From Spirochaetia bacterium (GTDB lineage: Bacteria > Spirochaetota > Spirochaetia > CADAEX01): 64,000 nucleotides of DNA. The notes beneath the pieces were generated by a model, which did not search any database, had not been told where the DNA came from, and saw nothing but the letters and a program-made list of their open reading frames with translations. Below, piece after piece: positions 9,825 to 20,086 of this stretch; positions within the stretch are counted from its first letter, which is position 1; every line of letters begins with the position of its first letter. The position numbers were made by a program, and so were the translations under genes. Where the stretch lies: NCBI GenBank assembly GCA_963662795.1, contig OY759746.1:1152001-1216000 (forward strand). Reading direction: 5' to 3'.

Positions 9825-10646
9825 TTATTCTATCTGCGAAGCCCATTCCCTGGTGTTGAACCAGTAATACTTTCTCTCTTTAAGCCAGCCTTCAGATTCA
9901 ACAACCGTTATCCAGTTGTTAAAAAAGTTAAGTGTGTCAACATCCCCTTTTCTAAGCGCAAAACCAATCGGCTCCCTTGTAAAATTCTCTTCAAATGGCA
10001 TATACAGGCTGTCGGGGTTTTTTAAAGCCTGGTATGCAGGGAGCGGGGAAGAAGCTACTACAGCATGAGCCTTCTTGTTTAAAAGCTCCTGGACAGCCTG
10101 TGATTCATCATCAAACAGCTTGAGTTCAGCCATGGGGAGCAGTTTTTTTACAGCATCTGCGGCAGTAGTGCCGATTCTTGCGGCAATGACAAAATCCTTC
10201 CTGTTGAAATCTTCCAGTGTCTTAAGGCCTCCGGCAATGCTTTTATTTGCGACTATGGACATACCTGTATAATCATAGGGAATGGAAAAGTTAACCTTCA
10301 GATTCCTTTCCGGCCTTATTCCCATGCCGCCGATAATTACATCAAACTTTCCGGTAAGAAGCGCCGGGATTATCCCTGACCATTTGGTGGGAACAAACTC
10401 AACCTTGACCTTCATATCTTCAGCGAGGCGCCTCGCCACATCAATTTCAAATCCGATAAGCTCACCGGTTTTATCCTGCATAGCCCATGGCATAAAAGTC
10501 GACATACCTACCCTGAGGACTCCTCTCTTTTGAATTTCATCGATAAGACTGCTGTTCGTCCCTGATGCTGCCTTTTCGCTGTTACCGCATGAAAACAAAA
10601 GTATGGCAAAAACAGCAATAACCATGAAAATACTTGTTTTTCTCAT
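9825..10646 (-). CDS. Polar amino acid ABC transporter substrate-binding lipoprotein
   Basis: Lipobox LFSC, GFEIDVA and IIPALLTGKFD (SBP family 3). Confidence 0.92.
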   Translation of the reverse strand: MRKTSIFMVIAVFAILLFSCGNSEKAASGTNSSLIDEIQKRGVLRVGMSTFMPWAMQDKTGELIGFEIDVARRLAEDMKVKVEFVPTKWSGIIPALLTGKFDVIIGGMGIRPERNLKVNFSIPYDYTGMSIVANKSIAGGLKTLEDFNRKDFVIAARIGTTAADAVKKLLPMAELKLFDDESQAVQELLNKKAHAVVASSPLPAYQALKNPDSLYMPFEENFTREPIGFALRKGDVDTLNFFNNWITVVESEGWLKERKYYWFNTREWASQIE

Positions 10647-10746
10647 TTTTCCTCCAGACTTTTTTCATTTGAATTGTTCATAACAAACAAATACTGTGTA
10701 AATTCTTGTTTAAGTATACTATCAAATGAATATATATAAAAATTTT

Positions 10747-11571
10747 TCACTGATTTTTCTTGCCGATTACATATTTCTTTTCAACAATTGAAACTATCCA
10801 GCTTAAAAGTCCTGTAACGGCAAGATAGATAAGAGCCACGGAAAACCATATCTCAAATGATAAAAATGTATCTGCAACAATTTCCTGCCCCCTCATGGTC
10901 AGATCGTATATGGCAATTGTGCTTACAAGTGAAGAATCCTTGACCAGTGAAACCGACTGGCTGACAAGCATGGGAAGCATATGCCTTATAGCCTGGGGAA
11001 AGATAATTTTTGTATAAATTGCTCCCTGTCCCATTCCAAGACTCAAAGCCGCTTCCCACTGCCCTCTGGGAACAGACATGATCCCTGCTCTTATTATTTC
11101 CGAAGTATATGCGCCTTCAAACAGGCTCAGGGCAACCACTGCCGAGGTAAAGGCAGAAATGGTGAATATCGGCGATATTACAAAATATATAAAAAAAAGC
11201 TGGATAAGAAGCGGGGTATTTCTGACTGATTCAAGATACACTCTTGCAACAACTCTTGCGAGAACTGAATCCGAAAGGCGGAAAAGAGCGGTGACAAGGC
11301 CGGCAGTAAATGCAAAAAAAAGACTTACTGCCGATATTTCCAGAGTTACAGCAAGTCCTTTAAGCAAAGCCCCGGGAATTATTTTTCCTTCAGTAAAGCT
11401 GAAAATATACTTTGGAACCCGGTACCACTGCCAGTTATAATCGAGACTATTGGTCCCTGATATAATAAGCAGAAGGGTAAAAACAGCAAAAGAAAGAAAT
11501 TTAACAAGATCCTTTTTTCTGTGATCAAGGGCTGAATATTTTTTAAAATAATTTACCGGTTTTAATTGCAT
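10747..11571 (-). CDS. Polar amino acid ABC transporter permease
   Basis: RNTPLLIQLF, GAYTSEIIRAG and GQWEAA motifs. Start placed at ATG 11571 (track ORF extends to 11619). Confidence 0.9.
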   Translation of the reverse strand: MQLKPVNYFKKYSALDHRKKDLVKFLSFAVFTLLLIISGTNSLDYNWQWYRVPKYIFSFTEGKIIPGALLKGLAVTLEISAVSLFFAFTAGLVTALFRLSDSVLARVVARVYLESVRNTPLLIQLFFIYFVISPIFTISAFTSAVVALSLFEGAYTSEIIRAGIMSVPRGQWEAALSLGMGQGAIYTKIIFPQAIRHMLPMLVSQSVSLVKDSSLVSTIAIYDLTMRGQEIVADTFLSFEIWFSVALIYLAVTGLLSWIVSIVEKKYVIGKKNQ

Positions 11572-11612
11572 ATAAATATTAACTCTCAATATAGTAATAA
11601 TTTTAATCTCAC

Positions 11613-11642
11613 TTGACAATATAAGTATTTTTAATATATCCT
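11613..11642 (+). promoter_or_regulatory. Sigma70-type promoter for rex-serC-serA
   Basis: TTGACA (11613-11618), 18-nt spacer, TATCCT (11637-11642). Confidence 0.55.
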
Positions 11643-11666
11643 ATCTGTGAATTATTTCACAGATAG
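11641..11666. promoter_or_regulatory. Rex operator
   Basis: Perfect palindrome CTATCTGTGAA-TTAT-TTCACAGATAG containing the Rex core TGTGAA-N4-TTCACA, 19 nt upstream of rex. Confidence 0.8.
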
Positions 11667-11685
11667 TACAGATAATCAGGACTAA

Positions 11686-12399
11686 ATGGGAAAAAACATA
11701 CCTGTTCCAGCAATTGAAAGGCTGTCAAAAATCTATACTGTAGTCTCAGGTCTCAAAAAATCCAGTAAAAAAAGAATTTCATCTGCAGAACTTGAATCCT
11801 TAACAGGAATTCAGGCCCACAGCATCAGAAAGGACCTCAGTCTGCTTTCTCCTGTAAAAAGCGGCAAAGAGGGATACAGCAGAGACAGCCTTGAAGAACT
11901 TATCAGCGCTACATTCGGGTTTAACAGAAAAAGAAAGATATGTGTAGCAGGCCTTGATATGCTTGGCATGGCAATCCTGAACAATCCGGATTCAGCATTA
12001 TCAGGATTTGAAATTGCAGCAGGATTTGACAACAGTATAAACAGAATGGAAATGATCACTACAAAAGTTCCTCTTTATCATTTTTATGAAATTGAGGAAA
12101 CAGTGAGGCGGCTTGAAATAGAGTTTGCGATACTTGCGGTAGATGCTGAAGGTGCGCAGAAAACAGCGGACAGGCTTACCGCAGGAGGAATCAGGGGAAT
12201 ACTTAATTTTTCTCCTGTCATTCTTGAGCCTAGACTTAATCTGCTTGTAAGAAATATATATCTGCTTGAAGAACTCAGGCTCTTATCTGCGCTGCTTGCG
12301 CAGGATTTTACCCCGCTTGCGCAGGATTTTATCCGCCCACACGGGGGGCAGGCAGAGGCACCGTCACTTGATACGGGGAATTCAGAACAATATAAATAA
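11686..12399 (+). CDS. rex: Redox-sensing transcriptional repressor Rex
   Basis: IPVPAIERL, ISSAEL and IRKDLS winged-helix motifs; GIRGILNFSP in the Rossmann domain. Confidence 0.88.
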   Translation: MGKNIPVPAIERLSKIYTVVSGLKKSSKKRISSAELESLTGIQAHSIRKDLSLLSPVKSGKEGYSRDSLEELISATFGFNRKRKICVAGLDMLGMAILNNPDSALSGFEIAAGFDNSINRMEMITTKVPLYHFYEIEETVRRLEIEFAILAVDAEGAQKTADRLTAGGIRGILNFSPVILEPRLNLLVRNIYLLEELRLLSALLAQDFTPLAQDFIRPHGGQAEAPSLDTGNSEQYK

Positions 12400-12426
12400 A
12401 TTTTTCTGTTTAAGGAGAGTAAGAAC

Positions 12427-13500
12427 ATGGAAAGAGTATTTAATTTCGCAGCCGGTCCGTCGATGCTGCCGATGGAAGCGCTGAAAAAAGCACAGTCCGA
12501 ACTGCTCAATTACAAGGGCACAGGGATGTCGGTGATGGAAATGAGTCACAGGTCAGCCGCATTCGAGGCAATCATCAATGAAGCTGAAAGCCTGATCAGG
12601 GAACTTATGGGAATACCTGAGAATTACACGGTAATGTTCCTGCAGGGAGGTGCATCCACGCAGTTTGCAATGGTTCCACTGAATCTGTACAGGAAAAAAA
12701 AGGCTGATTACATTATTACAGGGACCTGGGCAGACAAGGCAGCTTCCGAAGCTTCAAAATACGGTGAAGCCAGAAGAGTCGCATCCTCAAAGGATAAAAA
12801 CTACTCATATATCCCAAAAAATGTAAAATTCAATCCTGATTCTGATTATGTCCATATAACACTGAATAACACTATCTACGGGACGAGGTACACCAAACTC
12901 CCGGATACGGGAAACATTCCTCTTGTCGTTGACAATTCTTCCAATATTCTTTCTGAAAAGCTCGATGTGTCAAAGATCGGCCTTATCTACGCGGGTGCCC
13001 AGAAAAACCTTGCCCCGGCTGGAATTACACTTGTTATCGCGAGAAACGATTTAATCGGGGAAAGTCTTGATATCACTCCCACAATGCTACAATACAAAAC
13101 ACACGCGGAAAGCAAGTCGCTTTACAATACACCTCCCTGCTATACAATTTATATGCTCAAACTGGTGCTTGAATGGGTAAAACAGGAGGGAGGAATAAAC
13201 AGTATTGAGGCAAGAAATATTGAAAAATCATCCTTACTTTACAATTTTCTTGACAACTCAAGTCTTTTCAAGGGAACAGTAGTCAAGGAAGACAGATCGC
13301 TTATGAATGTTCCCTTTATCCTGCCGAATGATGATCTTAATAAAAAATTCATAGAAGAAGCAAAAAAGCTCGGATTTGTTGAGCTGAAGGGGCACAGGTC
13401 TGTCGGAGGCATGAGGGCAAGCATCTATAACGCGATGCCGCTTGAGGGTGTAAAAAAACTTGTTGAATTCATGAAAAAATTTGAAAAGGAAAACGGTTAA
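12427..13500 (+). CDS. serC: Phosphoserine aminotransferase
   Basis: FNFAAGPS, EMSHRS, YAGAQKN (PLP lysine) and GHRSVGGMRAS motifs. Confidence 0.97.
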   Translation: MERVFNFAAGPSMLPMEALKKAQSELLNYKGTGMSVMEMSHRSAAFEAIINEAESLIRELMGIPENYTVMFLQGGASTQFAMVPLNLYRKKKADYIITGTWADKAASEASKYGEARRVASSKDKNYSYIPKNVKFNPDSDYVHITLNNTIYGTRYTKLPDTGNIPLVVDNSSNILSEKLDVSKIGLIYAGAQKNLAPAGITLVIARNDLIGESLDITPTMLQYKTHAESKSLYNTPPCYTIYMLKLVLEWVKQEGGINSIEARNIEKSSLLYNFLDNSSLFKGTVVKEDRSLMNVPFILPNDDLNKKFIEEAKKLGFVELKGHRSVGGMRASIYNAMPLEGVKKLVEFMKKFEKENG

Positions 13501-13506
13501 CAATTA

Positions 13507-14679
13507 ATGCTTAAAATTCAGACATTAAATAAAATTTCTGCAGCAGGGCTTGATCTTCTGCCTCGCGGGGAATATGAGACAGCTTCGGAAATGACAAATC
13601 CCGATGCGATAATACTCAGAAGTTTTAAAATGCACGACATGGAGATTCCTGCATCTGTCCTTGCAATCGCAAGGGCAGGAGCAGGCGTAAATAATATTCC
13701 TGTTGACCAATGCACTGAAAGGGGCATTGTTGTATTCAACACGCCCGGCGCGAACGCAAACAGCGTAAAGGAAATAGTACTCGCATCACTTATAATTGCA
13801 TCAAGAAACATTACAGACGCAATAATCTGGGCTAAATCGTTTGCAGACAGCAGTGAAGAAGTTGCAAAACAGATCGAAAAAGGGAAATCGCTGTTCAGCG
13901 GAAAAGAAATACGGGGTAAAAAACTCGGCGTTATCGGATTAGGCGCTATAGGCGTAATGGTTGCAAATGACGCAGTATCGCTTGGGATGAGTGTAACAGG
14001 GTTTGACCCGTTTATTTCAATTGAATCAGCATGGGGCCTTTCAAGCAGCGTAAAAAAAGGAATCAGCCTTGACAGCGTAATTGCGGATTCAGACTTCCTT
14101 ACTCTGCATATGCCGCTTAATGACAGCACTAAAGGGCTTCTCGGAAGGGAAAAATTCAAGATCATGAAAAAAGGGATTAAAATACTTAACTTTGCGCGGG
14201 GCGGTCTTGTAAACAATGCAGATCTCAGGGAAGCGCTCCTTGACGGCAGGGTTTCAGGTTATATAACCGATTTTCCTGATGAGGATTTACTGAAAACTGA
14301 AAAAGTAACATGCATACCGCACCTTGGAGCATCAACAGAAGAAGCTGAGGATAATTGCGCGGTAATGGCAGTAAAACAGCTTAAGGATTTTCTGGAAACA
14401 GGGAATATAAAGAATTCTGTCAATTTTCCTGACTGCAAAATGGAATTCAGCGGTGCAACAAGGCTTTTGATAACCAACAAAAATATCCCCAACATCATCG
14501 CTCAGGTCTCAACAACACTTGCCGCGGGCGGTATAAATATTTCCGAATATTTCAATAAACATAAAGACGGTTATGCGTATAATATTGTTGATACTGACTC
14601 AGAAGTTCAGGATGAACTGATTGAAAATCTTAAGACAATTGACGGGATTATTTCAGTCAGAAAAATCAATATACATTGA
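13507..14679 (+). CDS. serA: D-3-phosphoglycerate dehydrogenase with ACT domain
   Basis: ARAGAGVNN, GLGAIG, NFARG and PHLGAST motifs; directly downstream of serC. Confidence 0.93.
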   Translation: MLKIQTLNKISAAGLDLLPRGEYETASEMTNPDAIILRSFKMHDMEIPASVLAIARAGAGVNNIPVDQCTERGIVVFNTPGANANSVKEIVLASLIIASRNITDAIIWAKSFADSSEEVAKQIEKGKSLFSGKEIRGKKLGVIGLGAIGVMVANDAVSLGMSVTGFDPFISIESAWGLSSSVKKGISLDSVIADSDFLTLHMPLNDSTKGLLGREKFKIMKKGIKILNFARGGLVNNADLREALLDGRVSGYITDFPDEDLLKTEKVTCIPHLGASTEEAEDNCAVMAVKQLKDFLETGNIKNSVNFPDCKMEFSGATRLLITNKNIPNIIAQVSTTLAAGGINISEYFNKHKDGYAYNIVDTDSEVQDELIENLKTIDGIISVRKINIH

Positions 14680-14718
14680 TTCTGATATGTTCTTATCCCT
14701 GATTTCAATGTCAAATAC

Positions 14719-14751
14719 AAAGGCAGCCGGGTTCGGTTGCCTTTTATTTTT
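14719..14751 (+). terminator. Intrinsic terminator after serA
   Basis: AAAGGCAGCCG-GGTT-CGGTTGCCTTT followed by TATTTTT. Confidence 0.8.
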
Positions 14752-14854
14752 CAGTATGCTAATTTTCAATATAATGACTTCATTATATTAAACTCCATAT
14801 TTTAATATACGCTATATGGATGAGGCAATTTCAAAAAACGGAGGATTTTTATTA

Positions 14855-15901
14855 ATGAACAACAGATCAATTGCAAAAGGGGTACTGCCGATTATGCTGC
14901 TTTCCATCACTTTATTCAGCATGTCTGCCGAAAGCGGATTTGCCGAATCTTACCAGAACCAGCCCGACGGGCTTTATGCTGAACTTGACACAACAAGAGG
15001 GAAAATCTTACTCTCCCTTGAATTTGAAAAAACACCCATGACAGTCGCAAACTTCACAGGCCTTGCTGAAGGCAAAATAGACGGCGGTAAAGGGAAAAAT
15101 AAACCTTTCTATGACGGGCTTAAATTCCACAGGGTAATTGACAATTTTATGATCCAGGGAGGATGTCCCCTCGGAACCGGCACCGGTAACCCCGGCTATT
15201 CATTTCCTGATGAATTTGACAAAACCTTAAGGCACTCAGGCCCCGGAATACTGTCAATGGCAAACAGCGGCCCCGGAACAAACGGGAGCCAGTTTTTCAT
15301 AACCCACACAGCAACCCCGTGGCTTGATGACAAACATACAGTATTCGGAAGAGTTGTAGACGGTCAGAAAACAGTGGATGCAATAAAACAGGGCGATAAA
15401 ATAAACTCGGTAAAAATACTAAGAAAAGGTAAAAAAGCTGAAGCTTTTAAAAATGATCAGCAGGCTTTTTCTGAACTTGTAAAAAACAACAGGGAAAACC
15501 AGAACAGAAAAGCGGTTCAGCAGCTTGAAAATGACAAAGCGCTTGTAGCAAAAAAATGGCCTTCTGCCAAAAAAACAGCAAGCGGTCTTATGTATATTGT
15601 AGAAAGGGAAGGGACCGGGAGCACATCACCGGTTATGGGCAGCCCTGTTGTTACCCATTACAGGGGAACGCTTCTTGACGGAAAGGTTTTTGACAGCTCA
15701 TACGACAGGGGCCAGCCTCTGCAGTTTTCTGTAGGGCAGGTTATACAGGGCTGGAATGAAGCGCTCATGAGCATGAAAAAAGGGGAAAAAAGGACCCTTA
15801 TTATTCCGCCCGACCTTGCATACGGAAGCGCCGGAGCAGGAGGGGTTATACCTCCCAACGCCTGGCTTGTTTTTGAAGTGGAACTTATTGATTTCAAGTA
15901 A
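14855..15901 (+). CDS. Exported dual cyclophilin-FKBP peptidyl-prolyl isomerase
   Basis: Signal peptide, cyclophilin motifs [13 protein letters not shown] and [18 protein letters not shown], then FKBP motifs FDSSYDRG and VIQGWNE. GGAGG RBS before ATG 14855. Confidence 0.92.
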   Translation: MNNRSIAKGVLPIMLLSITLFSMSAESGFAESYQNQPDGLYAELDTTRGKILLSLEFEKTPMTVANFTGLAEGKIDGGKGKNKPFYDGLKFHRVIDNFMIQGGCPLGTGTGNPGYSFPDEFDKTLRHSGPGILSMANSGPGTNGSQFFITHTATPWLDDKHTVFGRVVDGQKTVDAIKQGDKINSVKILRKGKKAEAFKNDQQAFSELVKNNRENQNRKAVQQLENDKALVAKKWPSAKKTASGLMYIVEREGTGSTSPVMGSPVVTHYRGTLLDGKVFDSSYDRGQPLQFSVGQVIQGWNEALMSMKKGEKRTLIIPPDLAYGSAGAGGVIPPNAWLVFEVELIDFK

Positions 15902-15913
15902 ATCATTTACAGA

Positions 15914-17329
15914 ATGAAAAAAGAAAAATCGAGATTTATATGCGATAACTGCGGGCATGTGGAATTCAAATGGGCGGGAAGATGTCCCGCATGCCTCGCA
16001 TGGAACAGTTTTACGGAAAATTCCGCACCCGCATCAGGGACAAAGAAGACACGAAGCAGCAGTAAACTGAAAAACCCTGTATCGCTTGCCGATATAGGCG
16101 TTTCTGCCGGCAGCATGATGCGGGAAGACAGCGGAATGGATGAAATCAACAGGGTTTTAGGCGGCGGCATCACTGCCGGCAGCGTTGTCCTTATAGGAGG
16201 CGAGCCGGGAATTGGAAAATCAACAATAATGATGCAGCTTGCAAGCGTCCTTTCCGCGAAAAAAAAGGTCCTTTACATATCAGGCGAAGAATCCCAGGCC
16301 CAGATCAAACTCCGGGCGGATAGACTGATGATCAGCGCAAATCCTGATCTTGCTTTTTTCTTTGCTACAGATCTCGACTCGGTAACCGGGGCAATCAGCA
16401 AATTCAATCCTTCATCAATAATTATCGACTCTGTGCAGACCCTGTTCTCTCCTGAGGCGGGTTCTGTACCCGGGACAGTCAGCCAGCTGAAATACTGCTG
16501 CCAGGAACTGATTGATATTGTAAAATCGGGTGAAAATTCACTTTTTCTCATCGCCCACGTGACCAAGGAAGGGATAATTGCCGGACCCAAAACAATCGAA
16601 CACATGGTGGATACTGTCCTTTATTTTGAGCATTCTGAAAATGACATGAGGATATTGCGTGCAGTCAAAAACAGGTTCGGCTCTGTCGATGAACTCGGGC
16701 TTTTCAGGATGGGAGGGGCAGGGCTTAAGCAGATAACATCACCTGAAAACGCTTTTATGTCTTCCAGGGAAGGGGAAAATCCCCCCGGCATCTGCATAGC
16801 GGCAGTTCATGAGGGATCAAGGGTTTTCCTTGTTGAAATCCAGTCTCTTACAGTCCCCGCGAAAGGGGGAATATCAAGAGTTTTCTCAGACCGTATAGAC
16901 AGCTCGCGGATATCAAGAATCGCGGCAGTGCTTGAAAAACACACAGGACTCAGGTTCTCTGATCAGGATATCTATGTAAATGTGGCAGGGGGGATGAGAA
17001 TTAAGGAAGTTGGAGTCGACCTTGCCGCAGCACTTGCCCTGTATTCAGCGAGAACAGGGATACCGCTTCCGTCAAAAACTGCCGCGGCAGGAGAGTTAAG
17101 CCTTACAGGTGAAATACGGCCGGTTCCGTTCACTAAGAAAAGGATTAAAGCGGCAGTCACCTGTGGAATAAGTAATTTTTACAGTACGGCTGCAAACGGT
17201 GCGCACTGTAAATCTCCAGACAGGTCAGAAACTGTCCCGCGCAGCTTTAAGGAAGCAGACAATATAAATCAGATAATAAAATCCGTATTCAGCAAAAAGC
17301 ATCCGCCCTCCCCGGCCAAACCCCTTTAG
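15914..17329 (+). CDS. radA: DNA repair protein RadA/Sms
   Basis: C4 zinc finger, GEPGIGKST, KNRFG and Lon-like C-terminus. Confidence 0.96.
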   Translation: MKKEKSRFICDNCGHVEFKWAGRCPACLAWNSFTENSAPASGTKKTRSSSKLKNPVSLADIGVSAGSMMREDSGMDEINRVLGGGITAGSVVLIGGEPGIGKSTIMMQLASVLSAKKKVLYISGEESQAQIKLRADRLMISANPDLAFFFATDLDSVTGAISKFNPSSIIIDSVQTLFSPEAGSVPGTVSQLKYCCQELIDIVKSGENSLFLIAHVTKEGIIAGPKTIEHMVDTVLYFEHSENDMRILRAVKNRFGSVDELGLFRMGGAGLKQITSPENAFMSSREGENPPGICIAAVHEGSRVFLVEIQSLTVPAKGGISRVFSDRIDSSRISRIAAVLEKHTGLRFSDQDIYVNVAGGMRIKEVGVDLAAALALYSARTGIPLPSKTAAAGELSLTGEIRPVPFTKKRIKAAVTCGISNFYSTAANGAHCKSPDRSETVPRSFKEADNINQIIKSVFSKKHPPSPAKPL

Positions 17330-17388
17330 GGAAGAAGCGATGTCCTGACGGGGCAGCGCAGCAAGTGTCCCGATGGTGCACAGTAAGT

Positions 17389-18576
17389 TCAGGGCAAAAG
17401 AGACGTCAGGTACGGCAAAGCTATAAATGTCCCTATTGAGCTTCCGACACTTGAGAAGAAAAAAACAATCAGTATATGAGTAACACGGTTGCGCATAAAA
17501 CCCCTGACAGAAGCAATATCATCATGAAGCGTTTCCAGGTCAATGACTCTGGGCTTTCTCAGAATTGCTTCAAGGAGCCCTGTAAACATTCCAACTCCTA
17601 TGGTTGGGTTCATGGAAGTTATGGGAGCTGCTATAAAAGCAAGCAGGATTGTCAGGGGATGAGCCACTGCGAGGAGCGCACCAAGAGCAGAGAGTGTTCC
17701 GTTGATAATTATCCAGCTGAAAAGCATTGAAAAACTCTTGTCAAGACCGGAGCGGGTAAACCCGGTCAGAAGAAGAGCAAGAACAGCCGCAGGTATAATC
17801 CACGGGAGTATTTTTGAAATAATTCCCGGCGGGGGGATAACAGTTATTTTATCTATTTCAGCATCTGTACCGCTGTCAATCTTTTCAATCCAGCTGAGTA
17901 TACCGGGAACATGGCCTGCGCCGACAACCGCAACTATTTTTCTCCCTGAAGCAAAGTAGATGCTTGAAGCAAGATATCTGTCCCTCTCATCAATAAGAAC
18001 TTCCTTAATAGCCGGAAGATAGTCTGCAAGTTCATTCATCATTCCGTCAAGTTCGCTTTTCTTTTTCATATTTTCAACATCATCGCTTGAAATCTTCTCT
18101 TTTGTAAAAACAGCCCCCAAAAGGGATGCCAGCAATTTGTTCTTGCCCCAGAACCCGGATTTTGACCATGCCCTTTTAAGAGTAATCTGAATATCCCTGT
18201 CTGCGAATGTAAAAGGGATCCCCTCTGAGGCTGCCGTTTCAACAGCTTTTTTCATCTCCTCGCCGGGTTTTATATCAAGAGACTGGCCGATTTTCCTTTG
18301 AAAAGAGGCAAGCGCAAGATTGGCAAGAAGAAGAAAGCCCTGCCCGCTCTTAATAATCCTGAATATATCAAGTTTTTCCCAGCTGTTGCCTGCTTTAAGC
18401 GAATTATAACGGGATGCGTCAATTTCAACACATACGTTATCAGGTTTTTCATCAACAATGATTTTTGAAACTTCATCTGCGCTTTCCCTTGATACATGCG
18501 CTGTTCCGATAAGAATTATCTCATTTTTTGCTGTGCTGATTTTTGTAACAGTATCACTGTTTTCAGTAATGACCAA
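17389..18576 (-). CDS. TraB/GumN (pheromone shutdown) family membrane protein
   Basis: IGTAHVS, LIDERD and VVGAGH motifs with C-terminal TM helices. Confidence 0.9.
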   Translation of the reverse strand: MVITENSDTVTKISTAKNEIILIGTAHVSRESADEVSKIIVDEKPDNVCVEIDASRYNSLKAGNSWEKLDIFRIIKSGQGFLLLANLALASFQRKIGQSLDIKPGEEMKKAVETAASEGIPFTFADRDIQITLKRAWSKSGFWGKNKLLASLLGAVFTKEKISSDDVENMKKKSELDGMMNELADYLPAIKEVLIDERDRYLASSIYFASGRKIVAVVGAGHVPGILSWIEKIDSGTDAEIDKITVIPPPGIISKILPWIIPAAVLALLLTGFTRSGLDKSFSMLFSWIIINGTLSALGALLAVAHPLTILLAFIAAPITSMNPTIGVGMFTGLLEAILRKPRVIDLETLHDDIASVRGFMRNRVTHILIVFFFSSVGSSIGTFIALPYLTSLLP

Positions 18577-18649
18577 ATTGTACTCCTTAAATTTTAAAGG
18601 GACACCGATCCCGCCGCTTTGATCCGCCGGGTCGGTCTGTCAGATACCT

Positions 18650-19996
18650 TTATCCCTTATCAGAAAGCTTCCAGGATGAAACCCTGTATTCAAGCGTTTC
18701 AGGAAATCCCGAATCTATAATCTCAGTATAATATTTTTCACTTATTGAATTATTTCCGAACGTATCGTAATAAATGGCCAGATAGAACATTCCCTTCATC
18801 CTGTCAAAGCTCTTTTTCTCTTCGGCGAGCTTTTGAACGGCAATTGTCTCGTAATATTTATCGATATAAAATCTGGCAATATGGTAGAGAAGGTTCTCCC
18901 TTGGGATGGTATTGATATTGTCTGCTATCAGTTTGCCTGCCTGATCTTTTTTACCTGAACTGAGCAGGGCAGCAGCGGACAGCAGCATATATTCCGGATT
19001 TTTTCCCAGATTATAGGCCTTAAGAAAATATTCGGAAGATTCGCCCCATTCTCCTTTTCTGTAAAGCTGCAGCGCGTAAGGGATGTAACCCTTTACATAA
19101 TCCGGTCTTATTGAAAGCGCTTTTTTATAATCGCTCAGCGCAAGATCATCACGGCCGGCCATTTCATAAGCTTCCGCCCTCTGCGCATAGGCAATAAAAA
19201 GTGAATTATCCATTTCAAGCGCTTTAGTAAAATCTTCAGCTGAGGATTTATACTTTCCGCTGTAAAGCCTTATTCTACCCCTGTCAAGATAATTCCATAT
19301 ATAGTCAGGATCAATTCTGACTGCTTCATCAAGATCCTTTTCCGCACCTTCATAATCTTCTTTCACAGCCTTGATCCAGGACCTGTCCATATAGGCAAAC
19401 TGATTGTCCCGGTTGTTGTCTATAACATTGCTGTAGTGTTTTAACGCTTCATCGTTTCTTTTCTGTGCGAGAAGAACCCTTGCGAGGCCCAGTTCCGCCT
19501 CTTCGATATATTCGCCTTTCGACAATGCCCTGCTGTAACAGGCTTCAGCCTCCCTGTATTTTTTTTCCGAAGCATGGATTCTGCCGAGAGAAACGTTTGC
19601 ATCTATATTATCCGGCTTAAGAAGCAGTATCTTTTCAAGAATTTTTTTTTCAGAGGGGCTATCTCCTCTTAAATTATAAACAAGAGAAAGATAATAAAGC
19701 GCTTTTGTATTTGAATTATCTTTCTCAATCTCTTCATTCAAAATAACTTCAGCGTCATCTATCCTGTTGTTATTCAGCAGCAGGATAGAATATAGAAGCG
19801 GATCATCGACTTTTTTCTGTTCATAAATTTCCATAGCCCTGTCCATGCTTCCGGTTTTTACTTCTTCAGTCATGGCGTCAATTATCTTTTCTTCTTTATC
19901 AGCTTTCATTTTCCCGCCTGTCGCGCATCCGGTTAAAAAGAGAACTGCTGCCAGTACAAAAATCAGGATTGATGATTTATCAAGAGGTTTTTCCAT
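18650..19996 (-). CDS. TPR-repeat lipoprotein
   Basis: Lipobox LTGC and multiple TPR-like repeats. Confidence 0.85.
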   Translation of the reverse strand: MEKPLDKSSILIFVLAAVLFLTGCATGGKMKADKEEKIIDAMTEEVKTGSMDRAMEIYEQKKVDDPLLYSILLLNNNRIDDAEVILNEEIEKDNSNTKALYYLSLVYNLRGDSPSEKKILEKILLLKPDNIDANVSLGRIHASEKKYREAEACYSRALSKGEYIEEAELGLARVLLAQKRNDEALKHYSNVIDNNRDNQFAYMDRSWIKAVKEDYEGAEKDLDEAVRIDPDYIWNYLDRGRIRLYSGKYKSSAEDFTKALEMDNSLFIAYAQRAEAYEMAGRDDLALSDYKKALSIRPDYVKGYIPYALQLYRKGEWGESSEYFLKAYNLGKNPEYMLLSAAALLSSGKKDQAGKLIADNINTIPRENLLYHIARFYIDKYYETIAVQKLAEEKKSFDRMKGMFYLAIYYDTFGNNSISEKYYTEIIDSGFPETLEYRVSSWKLSDKG

Positions 19997-20086
19997 AAGA
20001 CTCCCTGTATTATTTCGTTAATATACATCGCAAAGGTGATTTTACTCAAGGTTGCTTTTTTAACCCTGTATTGATAGAATATGCGC

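Noticed and set aside
17389-18576. Conjugation gene suggested by the name TraB
   Set aside because: This is the chromosomal pheromone-shutdown/Tiki-like family; there are no relaxase or T4SS genes nearby.
18600-18645. GC-rich imperfect hairpin between the TPR and TraB genes
   Set aside because: Weak, no U tract, and no second copy seen.
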